Virus genome (UHGV): UHGV-1353844
DNA length: 64,000 nt
From: a virus
Direction: 5' to 3' (one strand)
Positions 9,956 to 19,462 of the stretch are shown piece after piece. Position 1 is the first letter of the stretch. Each line of letters starts with the position of its first letter. The notes under the pieces were generated by a model. It ran no database searches and was not told the DNA's origin. It worked only from the letters and a program-made list of their open reading frames with translations. The translations under genes and the position numbers were made by a program.

Positions 9956-10324
9956 TCATTTCAACAAAACAAGATGAATTTGGTATTCGTCATCCGCAGG
10001 AGAAGAATAATCGCCGGTTTCAGGAAACGATAAATCCCCTAGTAGAGTGTGGAAGGATAATCCGTGTACAGCTTCAACTTTTCGTACAAGCGGAAAACCT
10101 GTTCTTTTAATCCAATTGTAATCGACAAACAAAACACCACCAGGACTTCCCGAACCTGACCACACGCGAATGTCCACAGTCTTTCCCGAAAAGTTGGCCA
10201 GTACGGTGCGTAGTTTTAATAGCACACCACGTGTGAGTGGTACTTCAATAACTTGTTTTGGTAAAACAAATTCGGGGAATCTAAAACCGAACCCGTTGGG
10301 GGTATTAAAAAACTGAGCTTGCAT
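9956..10324 (-). CDS. Hypothetical protein (122 aa)
   Basis: ORF with TAAAGGAG-type RBS. Confidence 0.45.
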   Translation of the reverse strand: MQAQFFNTPNGFGFRFPEFVLPKQVIEVPLTRGVLLKLRTVLANFSGKTVDIRVWSGSGSPGGVLFVDYNWIKRTGFPLVRKVEAVHGLSFHTLLGDLSFPETGDYSSPADDEYQIHLVLLK

Positions 10325-10357
10325 GGTAAATTCTCCTTTAGGGTAAAAAAATGAAAA

Positions 10358-10385
10358 TACCCTACTCCCAGACAGGAGTAGGGTA
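10358..10385 (-). terminator. Rho-independent terminator (TACCCTACTCC-loop-GGAGTAGGGTA) for the minus-strand gene ending at 10390
   Basis: 11-bp stem with A-tract on + strand at lower coordinates; coordinates approximate. Confidence 0.55.
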
Positions 10386-10389
10386 GGTG

Positions 10390-11049
10390 TTACATACGGG
10401 TAACTGAATCCCAGTAATCACGAAGATATTCTTGGTCTTCAGGATCTTTTGGCGTAGCCGGAATATGGCCGTCAAACTCAAACGGAATTACAGATAGCAC
10501 ATCCGCAATCTCGTAACGCTCGACTTCCAGTTCAACTTTCACCCAGTCACCAACGCTGGTGCTACTACGCATCTCAGTGATGAGATCGTTGAAGTCACCT
10601 GAAACTTCAATTGCAGGGTGTCCGGTGGTGATACTGAAAATATCAATATCCCAATGCTTAGCCCCTTTATCGGCTAATTCACCCGGCTCTAAGTGAATAC
10701 GTTTCACCAGGTGAGCCAAATAACCGTCTTTGTAAAAAGAGAGTGCGGAACTAATCCCGATATCCGAATTCTCTTCAACCTTTCCGTCTTGGAACTTACG
10801 CTTAAGCGTTAGCTGTGCCGTACCGTCTTCTTTAATACGGATACGACGACGTCCACCTTCTATCGGCATGAGAATGTCCATGAACATTTTGGCTTCTTGT
10901 GCGTGGAGCCAGTCCCATCCCGCTTGCGTCGGTTTTACCCAAACGCAGTATTCCTTTTCGACTTCGTGTTTAATGGACTCACCAGCAACACGAATGATTT
11001 CTTCTTCCTGCGCTTTATCCAGCCGCGCTAGGGTATCGAACAATCCCAT
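10390..11049 (-). CDS. Hypothetical protein (219 aa)
   Basis: ORF followed by terminator. Confidence 0.5.
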   Translation of the reverse strand: MGLFDTLARLDKAQEEEIIRVAGESIKHEVEKEYCVWVKPTQAGWDWLHAQEAKMFMDILMPIEGGRRRIRIKEDGTAQLTLKRKFQDGKVEENSDIGISSALSFYKDGYLAHLVKRIHLEPGELADKGAKHWDIDIFSITTGHPAIEVSGDFNDLITEMRSSTSVGDWVKVELEVERYEIADVLSVIPFEFDGHIPATPKDPEDQEYLRDYWDSVTRM

Positions 11050-11870
11050 TAGATTAATCCCATACGTTCACTGACGTCCGTAATATCGAACGTCGAGTCG
11101 TTATAGTCGATGTTTTCTACGATAGAAACCACCAGATTAGGAAGCCATTCAGAATGTGGTGGTGTAATCACCCGACCGTTCATGACGTAATAATGCAAGA
11201 ACGGAAGATTCATCGAATGGCAGTAAGACAGGGTATTACCTAAACAAGACCCGTCGTATTGCAACAGGTGCAACTTACGCAGCACTGCATTCTTAAATGC
11301 GCCAGTCGCGTAGCTACTAAACTCACCGGGACGGTAATCCGTTTTCCCGTAAATTGCCGCTTTTAATCGACGACCTAACTGAATACATTCCGTACCCGTT
11401 AACGTACGTAAACGAAGAATATCAGGAAATTCAGTCTCCAGACGTCCCATCGTTTTAATCGAGTAACCCATGTGTAACATGTAGTCAACGATACGCAAGT
11501 AGTGATAGTAACCTTCTAACGTCAGGAACTGACCGTGTATCGTGTCAAATTTTGACCCGTCGGGTTTCGCGTAGAAGTTGCTGATCATCTTACCCACGGT
11601 AGTACGACCGTTGGAGTAAAAGTTGATGTGGTTCACCCCATCGGTAAACGGGAGTTGTTCAGGTAAAGCACAAACATAGCCTAACCGTCTCAGGTATAGG
11701 ACATAAGCAAGGCGCTCATCGGGCGTGAGTACAATGCTTGACGCGTTCACGTAGGATTTAGAACGTAAATCGCCCGGCGCATAACCGAGCGTTAAAGCCA
11801 ATGATTGAATGTCTTCATGTTGACTTTTGATTTTCATTAATACGGAGCGCAGTAATTGTGGTTCGGACAT
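11049..11870 (-). CDS. Hypothetical protein (273 aa from internal ATG; track start 11912)
   Basis: Internal ATG (MSEPQLL) preceded by AAGAGG at 6 nt, which removes the overlap with the upstream gene. Confidence 0.5.
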   Translation of the reverse strand: MSEPQLLRSVLMKIKSQHEDIQSLALTLGYAPGDLRSKSYVNASSIVLTPDERLAYVLYLRRLGYVCALPEQLPFTDGVNHINFYSNGRTTVGKMISNFYAKPDGSKFDTIHGQFLTLEGYYHYLRIVDYMLHMGYSIKTMGRLETEFPDILRLRTLTGTECIQLGRRLKAAIYGKTDYRPGEFSSYATGAFKNAVLRKLHLLQYDGSCLGNTLSYCHSMNLPFLHYYVMNGRVITPPHSEWLPNLVVSIVENIDYNDSTFDITDVSERMGLI

Positions 11871-11880
11871 ATCCGGCCTC

Positions 11881-13155
11881 TTAGATTGCAAAGTAGTCTT
11901 CCACGATTTCATCGGTAGACTGATAACTTACACTACCTGCCGCTAAAACGTAGTTACGTTTTTCGGTGGTCATTAGCGCTTGTATCGCGTTAGCGCCTGC
12001 GTAAGTATAAAGTTTCAGTTCAGTGGTTTCAGGAGTAACGTTTTTCGTTTTATCCCATTTGGCATCCAGTGCTTTAAACAACGCTAACATTCGTGTACCG
12101 TACGTACTAAAACTCGTACCGGTTTCCACACGCAAGTTAGCCATGATGTTTTGAATCACGGTTTCCGCAATCTGTTTGCCCTGACCTTCCTGAAGTTTGC
12201 CCAGGTAATACTCTGTTGAGTCCAAGTTACCGGTAGCGGCAGCTTGAATCATCAACTCCCCGTAAAGTGCCTCTTTCGCTTGATCGTCAGTAATAGCCTG
12301 TATCATCGGGTCGATTTTTGCAGGCAGTCCGTAGCTGTTAAGTTTCGTAGACAAACCGTAGATCAGTGCAGACGATGTGTTAATGTCTAACGCTGAAAAA
12401 CTGTCGCTGCCTTTGAAACTGTTAATCAAGTTGTCGATGGCTAAGAAATCGTCAAGGTCTTTATAGCTGTCAAACGTGTGTTGTACGTCATCAATAACTG
12501 AGGTTATCTGGTAACGCATACTGTTGACTTCAGACATAAAGTTGTTGACTTCATGACTGATTTCTGAAGGAAGCTTAGCCAGTTGACCTGCGATATTCAG
12601 CGTTCCTTCGAGACGCTTCTTCACGGAGGAGAAGTCAGTACCGATTCCTGACAGAAGAGAATCACTAAGCGACGACAGACTGTTCCAACCTTTACCCAGT
12701 AAACTTCCTGAGTCACCGGGCGACAAATACCCCAGTGCTTTAAGCCCTTCCTCATTAACCTTTTTGAAAGGTTCTGAAACATCACGCTTCTGCGGATCGA
12801 GAACAGGTAGTGTCTCTTTAGTGTTAGAAGCAAACCCAGGAACTTTTTGTCCTGGGGAAACACCGGAGGTGGAGCTGCCTGCTGTTTTGGTACCTCCTAC
12901 GCTGGCAATGTCACTACCGCCGAATAGGTTACCGATTTTTGAGGTCAGTTCACTTCCACCGCTGATGAGTTTGTTAAAGGTTTCACCGGCACGATCGGAA
13001 AGCTGACTGACTTTATCTACGGTATTCTGGATGCCACGTTCGGCGTTCTCTACCGTAGACTGTACTCGGTTAACCGCATTCTTCGCGGTATTAACCGAGT
13101 TGTCGATAGCCGATTGACCTTTGTTAATCTGGCTGGTTATCTGATCGAGTTTCAT
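11881..13155 (-). CDS. Hypothetical protein (424 aa), Ser/Gly-rich with predicted coiled coil
   Basis: Long ORF; 4-nt overlap with upstream gene. Confidence 0.5.
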   Translation of the reverse strand: MKLDQITSQINKGQSAIDNSVNTAKNAVNRVQSTVENAERGIQNTVDKVSQLSDRAGETFNKLISGGSELTSKIGNLFGGSDIASVGGTKTAGSSTSGVSPGQKVPGFASNTKETLPVLDPQKRDVSEPFKKVNEEGLKALGYLSPGDSGSLLGKGWNSLSSLSDSLLSGIGTDFSSVKKRLEGTLNIAGQLAKLPSEISHEVNNFMSEVNSMRYQITSVIDDVQHTFDSYKDLDDFLAIDNLINSFKGSDSFSALDINTSSALIYGLSTKLNSYGLPAKIDPMIQAITDDQAKEALYGELMIQAAATGNLDSTEYYLGKLQEGQGKQIAETVIQNIMANLRVETGTSFSTYGTRMLALFKALDAKWDKTKNVTPETTELKLYTYAGANAIQALMTTEKRNYVLAAGSVSYQSTDEIVEDYFAI

Positions 13156-13967
13156 TCTGTACTCCGAAATTGATAAGCCTCGAGGTCAACCGTGTGAACG
13201 ACTTCGTAAATCTTGTTGTCGTTTTTGCGTTTTAACGTCAACAGAATATCGAATTTCTTCACATCAATCGCCTTGAGTATCCTCATAAACCATTTCCAAG
13301 ACAGCTTCTTTTTCAGTCGCATGTTGTGCTGCATATTGTGCCGCATGTCATTGCGTTTAGAAGCGATAGGAAGACAGTTCTCTGGATTATTAACATAGTT
13401 CGTTGAAAGTCGATGCCACCAATCCGAAGTCATTTTGATATTCGCAAAGATTGTCCACAGGAGTCTCGAAAGCGGGTGCTCCATCGTCTTTGCTGTCCCC
13501 GCACAATCTCGGAAGAAACGATTTAATTCCGTACTGGCACTGGCCGTCGGTTTCTCGTTACAGTCTTCAAAATCGTAACGGATAAGATCGTCACGCACTC
13601 GTGTGGTGACTTCAGAAATGGTTTTTGTCTGGAAACGTCCACGGTAAGTCGTTATACAGATTCTTAACGATTCTACCCCGGTAATCACTAACCCTTCCGT
13701 GAACCCTCGCCACGTAAGGTCAACCGGTAAGTCACGGTTGTTACCTGAGGTAAGTTTCGTTGAGATGCGTTGTACTCGATCTTCGAGAACGGCCTTCGAA
13801 CGTGTGCGGAAATCAGGGGACAGGATGTGTCTTGCAACTGCAAGCTTATAATCTTTAGGTTCCCACCCAATCTGAGTTTTATATTCCCAGTAAAGTTTTT
13901 GCAACGGTTTACCCGCACGTTCTTCTTCGTCTCGTTGCAGTTTTGCTTTTGCTTCGTTATCCATCAC
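13152..13967 (-). CDS. Hypothetical protein (271 aa)
   Basis: ORF in operon context. Confidence 0.5.
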   Translation of the reverse strand: MMDNEAKAKLQRDEEERAGKPLQKLYWEYKTQIGWEPKDYKLAVARHILSPDFRTRSKAVLEDRVQRISTKLTSGNNRDLPVDLTWRGFTEGLVITGVESLRICITTYRGRFQTKTISEVTTRVRDDLIRYDFEDCNEKPTASASTELNRFFRDCAGTAKTMEHPLSRLLWTIFANIKMTSDWWHRLSTNYVNNPENCLPIASKRNDMRHNMQHNMRLKKKLSWKWFMRILKAIDVKKFDILLTLKRKNDNKIYEVVHTVDLEAYQFRSTE

Positions 13968-13997
13968 TTCACCTTGTTACAAGGGGTTAACTGATTA

Positions 13998-14546
13998 TTA
14001 AACAGGTCGGTTTAAAAGGTAATGTTCGATGAGTACCTCCATTTCACGAAACAAATGTGCACAGTGATTTACCAATGCCCGATCTTCATCGGTCTTGGGC
14101 TTTAAGAAAATATCTTCGTAAGGTTCGATAAGCTCGAGTAACTGCGTTAGCTTATAATAGGCAACCGCCGGATTGGACGTCCCAAAATAAGTGTCTAACC
14201 AGCGGTTTTCTGATGAGTCTTTTTGTTTACTTAACGACTCTGGCAGCGATAACCACTCGATAGAGGTGCCGTTAATCGTGCGTTGGTATTCGTTGATATA
14301 AAAAGCAAGACGTTGGTAAAGAATATCGAGATTAGCGATGCGTAACTCGAGATTACCACGTAAGCTGGGGTGGTAGGGTTCAGTATCTACGTTTATAGGC
14401 AACGTAAGCAGCCGTAAGCCGCTAAACGTTCTCACGTAGGGGTTATGGATGTTCTTATGAAACTCCTGCCTTAGAGACTCTCTGAGAGCCTGTAAACGCT
14501 TTTGCTGTAGACGTTTCTTAAAACGTGTTATTAATCCCGTAAACAT
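13998..14546 (-). CDS. Hypothetical protein (182 aa)
   Basis: ORF. Confidence 0.5.
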   Translation of the reverse strand: MFTGLITRFKKRLQQKRLQALRESLRQEFHKNIHNPYVRTFSGLRLLTLPINVDTEPYHPSLRGNLELRIANLDILYQRLAFYINEYQRTINGTSIEWLSLPESLSKQKDSSENRWLDTYFGTSNPAVAYYKLTQLLELIEPYEDIFLKPKTDEDRALVNHCAHLFREMEVLIEHYLLNRPV

Positions 14547-14618
14547 AATTCACTCCGAAAGAATGTCTCACGTAAATAATATCTGTCTGACTTCTTTTTG
14601 AAAATGAGGTGGTTTTAA

Positions 14619-15083
14619 ATGGCTGAAGAAGAAGTGAAATACCAGGCGTTAGATGGTGAAGTAGACGACGAAGAATCGCTTCTCCGCCAAACGCAACAAG
14701 CCCGTGTCAGAATTGTCAATCTAATCTTAGACGATCCTAATGCTCACAAAGACTTAAAGACCGTGGATCGTATCGGGACGTTATTAAACGACCTAGATAA
14801 GCAAATCATTTCCAAACGTCGTGTCGCTGCTGCTCAGAAAAACAGTGAAGCGAACCAAGACTTGGCTAACGCGCTGAATACAATTCTGATGCAGCGTGGT
14901 AACGTGAAAATAAAACGTCACGACGAAGAACCTGATGAAAATAATGGTTACCAACCCACCCTTCCAGACATTCCTAACGTAGAAATCTCGGAAGGGGAGT
15001 TGGCTCCGGTTGGCGAACAAATTGACGTGAAGTCCATTATGACTGCGGCGTTTGCGCGTCCTTCTTCGGACGAGCCAGACTAA
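14619..15083 (+). CDS. Hypothetical acidic protein (154 aa) on the opposite strand within a minus-strand block; 3' end overlaps the convergent gene 15037-15759 by about 47 nt
   Basis: GAGGTGG RBS then ATG; fills an otherwise non-coding 490-bp gap. Confidence 0.4.
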   Translation: MAEEEVKYQALDGEVDDEESLLRQTQQARVRIVNLILDDPNAHKDLKTVDRIGTLLNDLDKQIISKRRVAAAQKNSEANQDLANALNTILMQRGNVKIKRHDEEPDENNGYQPTLPDIPNVEISEGELAPVGEQIDVKSIMTAAFARPSSDEPD

Positions 15084-15759
15084 ATAGCGCAGAATCACGT
15101 GGGTCGACACCGACCCACTCTGCCATAAACCGGATGTGTTCCTTGAACGGATTCACACCATCGCGTTTAAGCTGCTCTACCGTCTCTTTTGTAAGTTCCG
15201 GCGTTAGCAGGGCAGGGTGCGTAATGGTAAAGCTAGGGATAGGCTTTTTCAGATGTTTCGCATTGAGTTCAATCCAAGCGAACCAATCGTACATTATCCA
15301 ACAATCCCAAGCTGTCGCTAAACGACCCGGCGTAAGTTCCGAATGCGGCCACGACACTAACTCAACCTGCACCATATCGTAATAGATACGGAACATCTGC
15401 AAGAACATTTGCATTTCTTGGTCAGTAAGATCAGTATACGGCCAGGTGTTAATTGTCAGCGTCGGTTTTTCGATAGGCGAATGCATCTCGATTTCGAGTA
15501 ACATACATTCGAACTCGTTCTTCATCGTCAACAACAGTTCGGTGGGTTCCGCATTCATTAACGCGCGTTTATCGCGTTTCTGATATTCCTCTTTCCAATT
15601 CTCAAACCCCAAGACAGTCGCCCATTCCTCCGTAAAACGACGACGATAAACGTCGTAATCCATAATTTCCAATCTTTCAGGTTTGATGGCTTTGACCCAA
15701 CCGATTCGGGTGTCAAACAACGCATCGATATCAATCAAAAAACGTCGAGAAAATCTCAT
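15037..15759 (-). CDS. Hypothetical protein (240 aa)
   Basis: ORF; 4-nt overlap with upstream gene. Confidence 0.5.
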   Translation of the reverse strand: MRFSRRFLIDIDALFDTRIGWVKAIKPERLEIMDYDVYRRRFTEEWATVLGFENWKEEYQKRDKRALMNAEPTELLLTMKNEFECMLLEIEMHSPIEKPTLTINTWPYTDLTDQEMQMFLQMFRIYYDMVQVELVSWPHSELTPGRLATAWDCWIMYDWFAWIELNAKHLKKPIPSFTITHPALLTPELTKETVEQLKRDGVNPFKEHIRFMAEWVGVDPRDSALFSLARPKKDAQTPQS

Positions 15760-16424
15760 GACGGATGGCCTATGTTGTTACCAATGTGCATCGCTTTCAG
15801 ATACGCAGACCAGGTACGCGTTGCTTTCGAACTGGTACGTTCTGCTCCCGGCAGGTCAATACGTCCCTTACCGGTTTGACGTAACGATTGATAGAACGCA
15901 CGTTGTAAAGCTTCGTTACCTCCACGCGCCCACAGAAACTCTTTCAGTGTCCAGTCGTGACCATCGGAGTACATGATGTACGCTTCTGGGAAAGATACAC
16001 CAGATGCTTTAGAAGGACCAACAACTTGACCGGAGAGTTTATCACGAACTTTATCGTTCTTCGCTACTGCCATTTTCTTTTCTTGCATCTGCGTTTGACG
16101 ACGTGCAGGCAAGCGCAATACCAGATGTGGGTAGCGGGTACGATGGAAAACACCCGTTTTCGGCTCAGTTAACCACAACCGCTGTTCCAGGTTCAAACCT
16201 AAAACACGACAAAGCTCAACGTTTCGCATGTGGTCTATTTTAACTTTACTGCCGACCGGGTTGTAAATCGGTAAGCCTTCACGAAGACGATTAAACTGTT
16301 CGTCCGTCATTCGAGCAAAGGCTTTCTTTGCTGCCTCTGCGTTAATCCCAGAGGGGTCAACCAGGTTTAAGATTTGTAAGGCGTAAGCTTCTGCTTTTTT
16401 ACGCCGCGCTGGATCGAGTTTCAT
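15756..16424 (-). CDS. Hypothetical protein (222 aa)
   Basis: ORF. Confidence 0.5.
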   Translation of the reverse strand: MKLDPARRKKAEAYALQILNLVDPSGINAEAAKKAFARMTDEQFNRLREGLPIYNPVGSKVKIDHMRNVELCRVLGLNLEQRLWLTEPKTGVFHRTRYPHLVLRLPARRQTQMQEKKMAVAKNDKVRDKLSGQVVGPSKASGVSFPEAYIMYSDGHDWTLKEFLWARGGNEALQRAFYQSLRQTGKGRIDLPGAERTSSKATRTWSAYLKAMHIGNNIGHPS

Positions 16425-16698
16425 TTTCTACCGCCTTACGCAAGTTGGAAAGTGTCCCTGCTTCGAGGGTTTCAATCCAATAACTGATGTCGTCGGTGTT
16501 TTCAGGTACGTCGAATTTCACCGGCGGATAACCGTAGTGTTCGAGTAACTTGGAATAATATTCACCGACCTTTAAACAAAAAGATTCACGATCGGGAAAG
16601 AAAGTAGCGAAAGTCTCACGAAATGCCGCTGCTGTTTCCAGACTGACGCTGGCTAAACCTTCGCTTAAGCGTTCCACAATCTCCGTTTGATAACGCAT
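16399..16698 (-). CDS. Hypothetical protein (99 aa)
   Basis: ORF. Confidence 0.45.
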   Translation of the reverse strand: MRYQTEIVERLSEGLASVSLETAAAFRETFATFFPDRESFCLKVGEYYSKLLEHYGYPPVKFDVPENTDDISYWIETLEAGTLSNLRKAVENETRSSAA

Positions 16699-16713
16699 AA
16701 CGACTCCTTAGCT

Positions 16714-16736
16714 AGGGTAGGGGATTACCCTACCCT
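16714..16736. other. Perfect inverted repeat (AGGGTAGGG-GATTA-CCCTACCCT) between two minus-strand genes; T-tract is on the + side, so orientation and function are ambiguous
   Basis: 9-bp stem; same CCCTAC-based motif family as other hairpins in the window. Confidence 0.35.
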
Positions 16737-16743
16737 AACGCTT

Positions 16744-18240
16744 TTATTTCTTTTTGGTGAGGAACTTCGGTTCCAGGCCGTCCACGGCCATACCCAGAAT
16801 CGTACGGGCAGTTAACGTGCGTTTACCACCTTTCGTTTCTTGGTCTTTAAACATCCAATATTCTACGGTGTTCTCCAGAATCTCATTCCAATCCCATTTT
16901 TCATCAATGAGTTTGTAGATTTCTTCCATCGTGAGGTGGTATTTAACCTCTAAACGATGGTAGTTGTTCTGCATGTACGCAATCGCGGCCGTGATTTCTA
17001 ATGCCCGACGCAGTTTCGGGTTATCGTCGATCATGTCGCGAATCGTCGTACGCTGGAATTTAACACCAGGCAGAATCTGGAGTTCTTTAATGGAACCGCC
17101 GCTACCGCTGGACGTAAATCCAAATTCGGATTTTTTCAGGGTATCACTCAGGTAGTGCCACAGGCTCAGGTGGTACAGTAGACCCATCTCTTGCGAGAAG
17201 ATCATCTGGAACTTCACGCCCGTGTGACCGCCTTTAGCACGGTACTGCGTAAAGGTGATAACTTTCAGGTCGTTAACCGACGCGTTCATGGCTTTTGAAC
17301 GTGCGGTTGGGTAAAGTTCTTCGTTAACACCGGTCTGGGCGTTATAACTCTGGTCTTTTTTCAGCTCGCCTGATTTTGTCGCAACAATAAACGAGTTAGT
17401 CAAGAAGCTTAATTGACGACGAGGAATCCCTGCGAATTTGAGATCGTCGTTCGCATCGTCCAGCAGTTTCGCGTTTGCTTTCTGTCCTTGACGACCGCCC
17501 GCCATCGCCTTACCGGAGTCATCGGCCATCTGTGCAACAAAGCCCATGTAGAAACCACCACGGGCAAACGCAGACGGCCAACGGCTCATCATGTTCGATT
17601 TCTGTAAGGCATCGTGGGCGTTGAGGATGTTCTGATCGGAATCACCGATATCCGTTTTAGCGTGCTTGTCTTCCAGAGAAGACGAGTGCCACTCCGACAG
17701 GGAGTCGATAGAATACAGCCACGGGTCAAGGATTTCTTTTTGCTTACGACGAACCGGGTCAAGGAACGGCGTTACACGCGTTTTACCAGACATATACTGC
17801 TTGAAGCGTTTTTCCACTTCATCACGAATATAGTCACTGTAATATTGTTCCCCTGGCATCACGTCAGAACCAACGAGGTTATAACGACCTTCATGAATAA
17901 GTTCCAGTACCGAAGTTCCATCGTCAATACCGTTGGCGTGCATGGCAGAAATATAACCAGTCTCTAAGCGATCGAGGGCAGCAGACACCTCGGTATCGTA
18001 TTTCGAACCCCACTCCGCTTTATAGCGTTGCAGGATTTGGAAGATACAGAAATCCAACAGTGTGGATTTGAAGGTGTTACCACGACCCGCGAAACCCATG
18101 ATGTGGGCAAAACCACCGTTAAGGTAGTATAAACCATCTTCGCCTCTTTCGTAGTTGCCTAAGGCGTGGTCCATGATGGTATAAACGTTAAAACGAGGAC
18201 GAATTACTTCACCGATAACTTGCTTAGTTGGGCCTGCCAT
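16744..18240 (-). CDS. RecA-superfamily ATPase, possibly UvsX-like recombinase (498 aa)
   Basis: Deviant Walker A GRGNTFKST resembling recalled T4 UvsX GPSKSFKS; Walker B-like LYSIDSLSEW. Low-confidence motif match. Confidence 0.4.
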   Translation of the reverse strand: MAGPTKQVIGEVIRPRFNVYTIMDHALGNYERGEDGLYYLNGGFAHIMGFAGRGNTFKSTLLDFCIFQILQRYKAEWGSKYDTEVSAALDRLETGYISAMHANGIDDGTSVLELIHEGRYNLVGSDVMPGEQYYSDYIRDEVEKRFKQYMSGKTRVTPFLDPVRRKQKEILDPWLYSIDSLSEWHSSSLEDKHAKTDIGDSDQNILNAHDALQKSNMMSRWPSAFARGGFYMGFVAQMADDSGKAMAGGRQGQKANAKLLDDANDDLKFAGIPRRQLSFLTNSFIVATKSGELKKDQSYNAQTGVNEELYPTARSKAMNASVNDLKVITFTQYRAKGGHTGVKFQMIFSQEMGLLYHLSLWHYLSDTLKKSEFGFTSSGSGGSIKELQILPGVKFQRTTIRDMIDDNPKLRRALEITAAIAYMQNNYHRLEVKYHLTMEEIYKLIDEKWDWNEILENTVEYWMFKDQETKGGKRTLTARTILGMAVDGLEPKFLTKKK

Positions 18241-18255
18241 TTAGCGCTCCAATAA

Positions 18256-18555
18256 TTAACGATTCTTGGTCGGAAGAAGAAGACGGCGTTTGTGCCAGAA
18301 TTCAAAGTAGGTCTCTACCCACTCGGTGACTTCTTCCGATTTTTCAGGATAGGGGTTCTCAATAGACTCGAAACGACGTTTGTTGCGCTCGTCGATTTCT
18401 AATTCCATCACGCGCTTACCGTTAGGTAAAGAAGTCACGCTAAGAATCTTACCTACTTGAATAGGCTTACCTTCTTTGTCTTTTTTCACCGGGGTAAGAT
18501 AGATTTCCGGTTCCAGACGAGGCGTGGTGTTTCGAGTCAGTAATTTGATTTTCAT
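18256..18555 (-). CDS. Hypothetical protein (99 aa)
   Basis: ORF directly upstream of RecA-like gene. Confidence 0.45.
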   Translation of the reverse strand: MKIKLLTRNTTPRLEPEIYLTPVKKDKEGKPIQVGKILSVTSLPNGKRVMELEIDERNKRRFESIENPYPEKSEEVTEWVETYFEFWHKRRLLLPTKNR

Positions 18556-18652
18556 CGAGCTTTACCTTTATGAGATAATCTCGGTCATAAGTTCAGGATG
18601 AACTGTAAAAAGACTTTACTATGTAACCCTGACTTATAATCCGAGGTTTTAA

Positions 18653-19408
18653 ATGAACGTAAATCCACTTGCAGCGTTAACTAGCTTTGCCGCTAAAGCG
18701 TCTGCAATCTTACCCAAAGGGTTCAGTGGCCCTCAACAAGAGATTGCATTAACCACTTACGACGACATGTCAGACGTTTCCAAGTGGATGCAACAGGAAA
18801 AATTCTTACACTTTGCAGGCATGTTGGTCATTGTACCGCCAGGCTTCAATACCTACGTAATGGATCACATTAACCGCTTAGAATCGGTGTGGAGTTCATT
18901 ACAGAAGATCTACGACGGTGTCCTTTTACCTGTTGAGTTGCAACTTTCCGCCCTTACACATGATGTGGGCGTACTGTCATTACCTATCGGTTTCCGTTAT
19001 AAAAACGTTAACATTCCGTTACGTAACGTGAATCCGAAAGACCTGGTTAATCAGTTGGCTAAGTCCTACACCAACAACGTTATTGACCAGCGTCCGATTG
19101 AGAAAACGTACCACAGCGCGACGGAAATCGATATTGCGTTTAACCGTGCAAAAGCACTGAACGTTGAGATCACGAAGAAACTTCGTACGAACATTGACAA
19201 ATCCATCGAGTCTATTAAAGCCTCTGCAACGATTCTGTCTGAACAAAACATCCATCCTAACGTAGCAAAAGAACTGACAGCGATGTTAGACTTTGCATCC
19301 GATTGGGTTGAACTGTTTGGTTTGTTCATGAAACAAGTGAACGAATTGATTGAATGTCTGAACGTGACGGCTGAACGCCTGAAAGCGCTGAAGGCAAACA
19401 AAAAATAA
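18653..19408 (+). CDS. Hypothetical protein (251 aa)
   Basis: ORF with GAGG RBS; followed by terminator. Confidence 0.5.
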   Translation: MNVNPLAALTSFAAKASAILPKGFSGPQQEIALTTYDDMSDVSKWMQQEKFLHFAGMLVIVPPGFNTYVMDHINRLESVWSSLQKIYDGVLLPVELQLSALTHDVGVLSLPIGFRYKNVNIPLRNVNPKDLVNQLAKSYTNNVIDQRPIEKTYHSATEIDIAFNRAKALNVEITKKLRTNIDKSIESIKASATILSEQNIHPNVAKELTAMLDFASDWVELFGLFMKQVNELIECLNVTAERLKALKANKK

Positions 19409-19420
19409 AAAGTAAAAGCT

Positions 19421-19446
19421 ACCCCTAGACCACAAGGTCTAGGGGT
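19421..19446. terminator. Bidirectional terminator (ACCCCTAGACC-ACAA-GGTCTAGGGGT) flanked by A-tract and T-tract
   Basis: 11-bp stem between convergent genes; coordinates approximate. Confidence 0.6.
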
Positions 19447-19462
19447 AATCTTTATTTTCACG

